Source of the DNA: Iphione sp. A-MEVVRFRX5
Lineage: Eukaryota
Assembly (NCBI GenBank): GCA_976226885.1
Contig: OZ320319.1
Coordinates: 65,472,001 to 65,536,000 of the forward strand
Direction: 5' to 3'
Length of the DNA: 64,000 nt
Made by a program: the position numbers and the translations under genes. Under the pieces are notes generated by a model. That model made no database searches. It was given only the letters and a program-made list of their open reading frames with translations, and was not told the origin of the DNA. The stretch's first letter is position 1; every line of letters starts with the position of its first letter. Shown here in pieces: positions 55,297-64,000 of the stretch.

Positions 55297-55500
55297 CAGC
55301 TACACATGAAAACGCCAATGCCATAGCCAGAAAAAAATAAGAAATTGAAAACATAGCAGTAATTTGAAGAACAGCAACGGGTATGAAGGGTGGTTGTATG
55401 TCACGAAAACTCCATCAGTGACATTAGTGGATCGTGAAGAGCAGTAAGCACATGAAAACCCTAGTGCCGTAGCCGGTGAAGAATAAGGAAATAAACCCAT
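55297..55500 (+). repeat. Degenerate ~146-bp tandem duplication within an A-rich decayed block
   Basis: CACATGAAAACGCCAATGCCATAGCC (55303) versus CACATGAAAACCCTAGTGCCGTAGCC (55449). A further CAGCTACACATGAAAA is at about 55939. Confidence 0.6.
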
Positions 55501-58500
55501 ACTAGTGACTATGAGAAATGGAAGTGAGCTTTGAAGAATGGCTGCCCATCACAACAACTCCAAAGATCATATTGGCAAATCATGCGGAATACTAGCCCTT
55601 GCAACCTGCAACAACTCTCATGTGGAGAAGCATGGCATCCCAGTGAAGACAGCCAACACCACAAAAGCGACGTCATAAAGAATGGTAGCAATGGTTACCT
55701 TTGTAAAATTCACATGTGGAAGTGCCATTCTTGAGGTGATGAGCATTCATTTAGAAGGATGACCAACACTACCCACCTGGCATTTGGCGAAGCATGACAT
55801 TGAAATGGAAAGAAGCCACCACACATTAATGTTAATGTGAAAACTTTCCTGTGAAGAACACTATTGTGAAGAATGGCCGATGGTAACTATGCCACCAATG
55901 AAAACTCAAAGCACTTATTCATTGATGATGAGAAGCCTCAGCTACACATGAAAATTCTAACAAAGATTCCAAAATATCACTGAATATCAAGAAAAGATGG
56001 TTACATAACTGCTCGTCTCAACACTATACAGAAGAATTTGCAGCAGTAAAGACACCAATTCTTATGGTCACACCTATTTACACAGAATAGCCAATACCAT
56101 TATCATGAGGAGAGCCATTACAAACTGATGTACGCCGATACTAATATAAAAAGGTCACAGAGAACGGCAGAACGAAATAATTTATTGTTGGTGCAGACGT
56201 CATGGTAGTTCCGGCGTAAACAAAAGAAGACCGAACACAATTGCCCTTGGTACACATCAGTCCAACCCCGAAAGCTGATATCTATTCAGTGTCAGGAGCT
56301 TGATTCATCAGCAATGCTATGGAGACTACAAATTGAAGATCCTGTGAACGGATGACCTAAAATTGTCCAGAGAAATATCACGGTACATCGGCGCTCATAT
56401 AGCAGAACCATTCCATGAAATTAGCTTGTTTGTTACCAGCAGTTGTAACGCAGTCGAGGTCGGCCGCACGCACATATATATGGAACTGCATGGAACACTG
56501 GTGTTTGTACAGGAGCACCATTCTACAAAGTGAGCTTATTAGTGAGGACTATTCGTTATTTCAATGCATTTATATGAACTGCAGTGAACCGTACAGATCC
56601 TTCACCACACGTTATTATTACCTCAATTAAACTGATTAAAATATAATTTGATTTATACTGACTGTATATACAAATGGACTGTTTTGGTCCAGGCAATTCT
56701 CTAGCAAGACATTGTAAAGCATAAAGCCTTAGATGTACTGCAGCTCAAAGACGTATGGTTTGCCTAAAACGGTATCTTTTTCTTATCTAGAAGTAAAGCA
56801 ACCGAGTGACTTATTCTGCAGTAGTTCTCGTGTTAACCATGTGCCTTGGGTTCACGGGCGCATCACTTCACTCTTTATTAGAATAAAATAAGAAAAAAAA
56901 CCAGAAAAATAGAAAGCCAGAAAAATAAAGCTAGATAGTGCGTCCATGCTAGCCGGTTGACATTATAAGTCGATGGTATAGATATGTCCTTCCTTGCTCT
57001 TGAAAGCCATGAGGTGAGAGGCGGGGAGTTAAAACTGGTGCAGCATACAAGAGAACGGGAAACTAACACTTCTTCCATCTACTGGCCAGTAAAATCAGAG
57101 GTTAGCCATGCCCGCAGTAACGGCAACATGTGAGCGCAATCCTAATACGGGTGAAAGCTACGGCAGCGACTAGATGGAGAGGGCAGTATGCTATGCCGGC
57201 AGTCATGATTGAATTTATTGCCTGGCCTCTGATCTTCAGCCAATCAATGGGAGTGGAGGCGGTGTAGGGAGTGAAGATTGACGGCGGGATTTAACCGGTC
57301 ATGTTACTGCTAAAAGGTAGAATATCCTGTTGTACCCCCCAACGGTGCACATTAATCAGCGGAAGATGTGAGGACTGTCTGCCACTAGCCGCAGGCACCT
57401 TACCTGATCTTACTTGTAGTTTAGATCCAGACTTACATTAAGGCCAGCTGGTACGTCACAACACTCGTAGATCATCACAGAACCAATTATTTATGTACAT
57501 GTACTCTAAAGATTGAACACACGTTATGTGAAGAGGGCTGTCCGGTTCGCTTGAAACTTTCGAATTGTATAGATTAGACAGACACTTGGTGATCACAGTG
57601 TATCGAGAGAACTCACGAGGACAACATAAGAAGTGCAGAGAGGAAAGACCAGGGAAAGCCTGAAAATAACATATCTATCACACACTACTACTTTTACTGG
57701 CTGGATCTAAGTGAAACATATATTCAATTAAAGATAATGATACACGGAACAAAATTATGTACTGTGCAAGTCTCTGTCCTTATTCAATCTGAAGATATTA
57801 ACAAAATCATTTTAACAATATTATGCTCCAGTAAGACAAAATTCAGGGTCGGTTGGGTTACTGGAAACCCTGATATTTTTTCTCTGGGCCTTAGAAATAC
57901 ATTCAGCTGATACATGAATCAGTATTTCTCCCTGTAATTCCAATTTTTCAGTGCTCTTTGATTCCATATATATGCGTTTGATATGCCATAAACATGGAAA
58001 CGTTGTAACAAGGCAAACAATCCCAACTTTGTGTTCACTCCTGGTCAATATGTTTAGTCTTGTCGCGAAGCTTGATCTCCGTTTGACCTTCAGTAATGAA
58101 GGCCTGGAGGGCATCAGAGTGATTTGCGAACGGTGGGTTGACAAGTCTAGATTCTAGCATCACCTTAACTTAACACCTAGTGTGTGTGTTTAATTCAAGA
58201 ATTATCTTAACTGGGGAAAAACCATAATAGGAAACGACATGAGTTATAATAGACATAATCCAAACAAATTATTGTTACAAATTATATAGATTGTAAACAG
58301 TAAGTAACAGATCTGCGTGGTAGAAATGTGGGAGAAATCGAAAATGTTCATACACATGTACATCAACGTGGTCAAGACTGAGCGAGATGCGTACATCTAC
58401 CTCAACACCTATACCAGGAACCCGGCATCACAAATATATCCAAGTTCAAAACTCTAGTTTAGGGATCTCCAGCTAAAGCTGCGCAGACAAACCACGATTG

Positions 58501-59539
58501 GATGCAGATGATTCTGTATGTGAATCGTAAACTGGAATTGCTGCAGTGATATCTACATACAGCATGTTTTCCTCACATTTGAGGATATGTGTACTGTAAA
58601 CTGGGGTGGCGGGGTGTTGCATCTCACGGTGGAAAAGCTCGACTAATGCACAAGCTGATAAAAAGAAATCGGTTTGATGTACAACAGTCTCGGTTTCTGG
58701 TTGACTCGTGGCCCCTATGGCCAGCCTGTGGAAAGTCCATTAATGTAAATGCCAAACTAAACGAAATGTAAAAAGCCATCTCTGAGGGGGTCGTAGCAAT
58801 TTGTAGAACTGACGTTAAATTAACTTGAAATATACCAAAAAAGGACAACCGTAACAGTGTATAATTTGCCTTAAATCGCAGATAATGTCTAGTATTTACT
58901 TACCAGATTTCTACCAATGTACTGGCCTTTAACAGAATTTCTAAAATCTAATTTCTAATTGAATCCATATTAACAAATGTGTGTTAACGCAGAAGATTAA
59001 ACGATATGAAGCACAGAAAAGAACTGTATATTCGGGATGCCACATTCCAGATCTATCGATTAATAAAATTATGTATCTGAAGTAAAAAATTATTAACCTG
59101 GTTAAACATCTGTAATTCGTCTCCCGAATAACCACGTAAGACGATTTATCTTGCATTTGAAGCCATATTTTATACCTTCTTCCGTGGGAGTTTAATTTCC
59201 ATGAAATTTTGTGTCAGTACCTATGGACGCTAGCTACAGCCACCCAAGAGACCCAAGAAAAGTACCAAATTTCCCGGGCTGGTCTGGCATACCCTTTCTT
59301 CCTCTCCCTCCCCATCAAATACTTCCCACAAACTTATCCAATCACTTGGCGTCTTAAAAAAATGATCCAACTTCATGTGCTTGGTTACTTAAGAATCCTG
59401 TCCAACATAGGATTTATAATCTACAATCTAACTGGAAAGTACGAGACATACTCGTACTAGTTCATGATACCATTTCACAGCATGAAAATCAGTAAAACTG
59501 TTCACTTACTCGGCCAGATGAGCTTTGAATCACTACAAA

Positions 59540-59600
59540 ATATCTTAGAAATGAACGTGGAATCTCTCTACTTACTGTTTCATATGCACTCAATAAAGTG
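59540..59600 (+). mobile_element. Possible LINE RT domain-1 fragment
   Basis: NERGISLLTVSY resembles NYRGISLLxVxY of RTE-type elements. It is a single motif only. Confidence 0.25.
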
Positions 59601-60025
59601 ACAGGAACACGAGCACTCACCTACGGGAAGAAAGTGAAATGCATTAGAACCATTACAACCAGCAAAACATATAATGATTATAGTGCCTGATTAGCCATCA
59701 CCATTAAGAACTAATATCACCGCTATTTCAGATTTTGCACAAATTATTAAAACTACACTTCACTGAGCAGTTGACTCTGGACTGAGTTATCCAAAACCTA
59801 AAGGTTTCCTGACTGAACAATTACATCTATGAAGCCTCACAAATGCACCGCCCTGCTTTCTGAGGGTCTCCATCTCCTATCCCCTGACTCCCTCATTTAT
59901 TGTAAATAATAGTTTTAGATTGACTACTTTAATTAGCTTCTGAAACGGGCCAGTAAATCACAGATACGCATCCTAAATATTGTACTTGCATACCTAGTCA
60001 TCTCCGCGCCTCATCCTTAACGCGC

Positions 60026-60130
60026 TATTCCCATGTACACAGGTTATCCATCCGCCACCAATGGCATGGTGCAGGCTGTCTGGACCTCATTGGCACCTGA
60101 GTCAGGGCTTATCCCCATGTACATGGGTTA
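60026..60130. repeat. Two direct copies of the same 21-bp motif as the 13170 element
   Basis: TATTCCCATGTACACAGGTTA (60026-60046) and TATCCCCATGTACATGGGTTA (60110-60130). Confidence 0.6.
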
Positions 60131-60204
60131 TATGCACTGTCTTTATTGTTCTTCTTACATGACAAAAGTATACCTAACATATGTTAAATTCTTTAAAATT
60201 AATG

Positions 60205-60380
60205 TTTTTGTTGAAAGTGAGACATATCTAGGCAAATTTTGTGGTTTTCTGTCAACAGAGGGACACATCAGTTGAAATTTTACAGCTTTTTGTTGAAAGT
60301 GAGCCATGTCAGTGGAAGTTTTGTGGCTTTTGTTGAAAGAGAGACATATCAGTGGAAATTCTGCAGCTTTTTATGCAAAT
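60205..60380 (+). repeat. Degenerate ~40-bp tandem array (TTGTTGAAAGTGAGACATATCAGTGGAAATTTT...), about 4 copies
   Basis: TGTTGAAAG at 60209, 60291 and 60331. GAGACATATC-like motifs recur with about 40-bp period. Confidence 0.8.
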
Positions 60381-62179
60381 GACATGCAAATTTTTAAAAC
60401 CTACACATGTTTTAAAGCATTTAACATGTGTTTTACATGTCTTAAATACCTATTCCCAGCCTGCACCAGGTGGTGGGGTCTGGTTGGACCACTCCTTCAC
60501 CGATCAGTCTGCACACACGAGGTGGCAGTTCTGGGTTGTCTGCGCACAAGGGGATAATTGTATTGAATTGCCTAGACGCAGTCCTTCTGCTTTCCACATG
60601 TCAGGTGGTGGGTCTGGACAGTTCATGCACATGGTAATAGCTCTAAGCAGTCCTCTCTATCCACACTAAAAGAAAGCTACTTAATAAATACCTCTAAAGG
60701 TACATAATAACATACGAGTCCCCCCAGTGGATAATAAATCCACCGACAGGGAAGATATCAAGGTAGAAATTATGGAAATTGGGTTGCACTATTGCGTTTG
60801 AGGACATTTTTAAGATGCCTCAAAGAAATCCTTTAAAAGAAAATATCAATCCTTTGGACACCTTGAGGAAAGGAGGCGGTGCCATTCCTTCTAAACTAGT
60901 TGGAAGTTTCGAAAATATGGCATACTTTATCACAGAAAAACACATTTCATCTGCTGTCAAAAAAGAGATCGTGTGTGCAACTTTCATTATCCATGAAATT
61001 AATAATATGATGAACCACTGAGTACGAATGCCACATGAAACACGTCATATCGTCTGCCGAGAGGCCCCGAGGAAACAGGGTTCAAACAGCACGATGAAAA
61101 AATGAAGGAGTTACACAGACCAAGTGGACAGTTTCGCAAAAAGAATGTATTCTCGGCATTACATCCTGCGGGAAGAGACAACTTATTAAAAGCAATGAGA
61201 TGCCTGCCTTGCCCGAGGCTTACACCTCATTAACGTAGTCATTGATAGGGACCTTGTAGGGTTGGCGGTTTGGGGTATCCCCGGAGTTAGCGCCGGTTCT
61301 CTATATACTCCGTTTATCCTTTGGCACGCCTCACTTATTATCACCGAAGGAAATAATCTAGAGTGATCTGATTTGGCATCTATCCCGGAAATGTCCTCTT
61401 GCCATAAATACAATCACCGGCAGGTGGGAGGACAACAAAAGAGACGCTCAAGATATGGTCTAGAGAATATACTTTTGGTAGCCAGAAGGTTGGAAGGGTT
61501 CGCCTAGATGCGCCGTGTATTGGTTTCCACTTGCGCCTTGTTATCATCTGATTTGGGACCATGTTGATTATGGTGGGCGGTTGTTGGGTGAGTGGCGGGC
61601 AGGGCAGGTCAATAAAAGAGGTTCTTGGAGGAGGCTTCATAATTAAAGGCGTTTTTGCGCGGAAGGTTTCGCTTCATTACGGCTCAAAGGAAGCTGGAGG
61701 TGGTAATTTTTTTTCTCATCCCCTTGTTATGGTCCCGGGCGAGTCCTCATCTGTCCTCATCCCTGTGCCTGTCACATGTGCCATATGCATGAACAAACTG
61801 ATTAGCTAGACAATGGAACACCAAAAATGTCACGCATGGCACGGTTTCCTGTTTGACTTCCATTATCCGGAATTAGTTTAAAGGAATTGGTTGCCGCTTA
61901 GCATATCTCGTCTTTCTCCGCTTGACCGACAAATCAGCCCAGTCGTCGAATTAATTATCGCTATTAAGATACAAAGCAGGAGAGGGGGGGGGATCGCTGG
62001 GGCCCTGCAACGCAGTACATAGGATCATCTCTTTACAAGGCCGTGTGTTCAGTCAACCTAATCTAAGGCTTAATTTGCATGTCCGTGTGTTTTTACAGTC
62101 ATGCTGTCATGTTTTCACATTGGGCATTGGGGATTATCGTTATTCCTGGGAGTGTCTCCATGTAAGTATGTAGCGTGTA

Positions 62180-62450
62180 GCAGGTCTGTATGTAGCATGT
62201 TTTTGGATTGGGAAAGTTCCCAATTTTCATGGCCTCGACAGTGCGTTTCAATACATTCTATGTTGATGTGTAGGGATGATACAAGGATCAACTCTGTTTC
62301 CATTACTATTTGATCAATTTTGGCAGTGACTATGATAAACTTTTCATGGCACTTCACAGCACTAACACACTACACACCAACACATGTACATGGAAACTAA
62401 ACCCAAGACTGAATGAGGACAGGGTTAAAATAATGGTTCTACATTTCATA
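62180..62450 (+). mobile_element. Heavily decayed LINE RT fragment
   Basis: Segments SVCSMFLD, RQCVSI, VGMIQGSTLFPLLF (cf. GVPQGSxLSPLLF) and LNEDRVKIMV (cf. LNxxKTKxM) occur in the expected order with frameshifts and deletions. Confidence 0.55.
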
Positions 62451-63339
62451 TAGGGTAAAATCCAGGCCAACCCATGTTAGAGACCAACCCTTGAGATGAG
62501 ATGGCGATCTACAAGAACCAAGTACGCACATTGACATTAGAATACTGACCCTCTAGGAAGACCAGCTCAAGGAAGAGACTAACGTTGGCCAGTCATACGC
62601 TTGGTCTCACTTGAGGGTTTCTGTCGTACCTGTCAAATACTTTACATCAATTACTTGTACAATCAATTTTTCTTTGCCAAGCTGCGCATGCTTTACATCT
62701 GTTTAACAACCCTCCTACTCAGTAACTAGCGAGTTTAGCGAGGTAACTAGGGTTTCTCCAGTAAACTTTATTTCCATAAGTTTAGGTTATTGCTCGAGCA
62801 GTAACCTCGCTCTCTAAAGGCTGAGCGTACTACTAGGGCTATATACAGTTGGTTTCTTATCCGCATTAGGTGAATACCGTTTAATACCTCAAGACCATGC
62901 CATTTAACGAAACCTTATTTGCAAATGTCCTTCAAGGTCAGGCAGCGGGTAATCCTCTCCGTTTATGTATATATAGTTAGCCTCATCTATAAAGTAACGT
63001 ATGGTGAAGAACCCCCGCAGTCTGTCTGGGTTATAAATCATGTCTGAGCGAAACATAATCAAGCTGATCTCTATTTGCGAGTGGAACAGATTTCTATATA
63101 GGAGAAATGTTAGATTCCACTCCCCCCAGGCAATTCCATTCAATATAATAATGCTCATCTCTAGCAAGCGAACAGCATTATACAAGTATACATTTACTTA
63201 TTAACAATGAATACCCCATCAGATTAATCTCATAGTAGTACCTGAGAAAAGCACCGAGATGAACTTCGTATGAAAATTACCCAACCCATAATTCAATTCA
63301 CCCACAGCAAGTCTGCATGGTAATTGCTGATTGCAAGAT

Positions 63340-63460
63340 CATAGTCATGATAATGTACTCTCCCACAGACAATGAGCAAATCAACGGATATGACCAGCGC
63401 CTCATGCCGGACAACATCCCTGGATTCGGGTTCAGCACCAACACCGCATTGGCACATGGT
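63340..63460 (+). other. Coding-like segment: either a 90-nt exon (63369-63458) or a LINE RT relic
   Basis: Open frame DNEQINGYDQRLMPDNIPGFGFSTNTALAHG with 20/29 G/C-ending codons, between an acceptor-like TACTCTCCCACAG and G|GTAGAG. It also resembles the LINE motif LLPDNQxGFRxGFSTxTAL. Confidence 0.4.
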
Positions 63461-64000
63461 AGAGACGTCCGTGGAGACTAATCACTACCTGATCTACTGA
63501 TTGAAGGCCAAAGTCGTTCGAGGGAGGAAAATCAAGGATCAAATTGCTAATTAACCGGTATAATAGTCCATCTTCGGCCATTCAATTAGGATAGTTTCTT
63601 CGCGACTGTGCAAAGTGGAAATTAAGCCGTGGAACCGGGGATACGCGTAGTTATGTAGCTTTACATCGCGATGCTGCTCGGCTTTTGGGGACGAAGTTCT
63701 GTTGCTGCATGATGGGGCTACATAATTGCGGCTACCAATGAGTTCTGTTGCTGTGGTGTGTAGGAGCTCTGTTGAAATCGCATGGAAGACGGTGCTGATA
63801 GAAAATGTTATCACAATTAGTTTCAAAATTATTCAAATCGTATCTTTCACGCACATGAGACTCTTTCATTATGGTAAGATTAGAAATAGGGTCAACTTAG
63901 AAAAGGGGTCAATTTTCAAGAGAACAAATACGTGGTTTTAAGTTTATTTCACACTATGAAGTGAGATCATCTGAAGATAAACGTTAGGTTTGAAACGATG

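Noticed and set aside
58355-58500. Codon-biased stretch YINVVKTERDAYIYLNTYTRNP, faintly Penelope-like
   Set aside because: Similarity is too weak and short to support a call.
1-64000. Bacterial-style genes, operons, CRISPR arrays, rRNA, tRNA, snRNA and conserved miRNAs
   Set aside because: No dense ORFs, no repeat-spacer array and no cloverleaf. Only partial matches to remembered miRNAs were seen (miR-190-like at about 1160, miR-33-like at about 7876, let-7-like at about 44197), and none extends to a mature sequence with a hairpin.

Overview
Eukaryotic, largely non-coding DNA of roughly 40% GC. It is probably a marine invertebrate and possibly amphioxus-like; that is an inference from composition, frequent TACATGTA motifs and mosaic CpG depletion. 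I could not support any intact protein-coding gene, rRNA, tRNA, operon or CRISPR array, and almost all ORFs in the supplied track look like chance frames. The window alternates between CpG-poor blocks, many of them decayed transposons, and CpG-rich blocks that look like cis-regulatory DNA. The best-supported features are a 307-bp solo LTR with a 4-bp target-site duplication, two clear and about six fainter non-LTR (CR1/L2/RTE-type) reverse-transcriptase relics, several non-autonomous repeat families seen twice in the window, and mini/microsatellites. Candidate regulatory sites are a composite DR2 retinoic-acid-response-like element and a perfect CTCF core motif. I found no convincing evidence of a novel multi-gene system. 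The most plausible reading is a gene desert or a very large intron, containing a few isolated exon-like segments worth testing.
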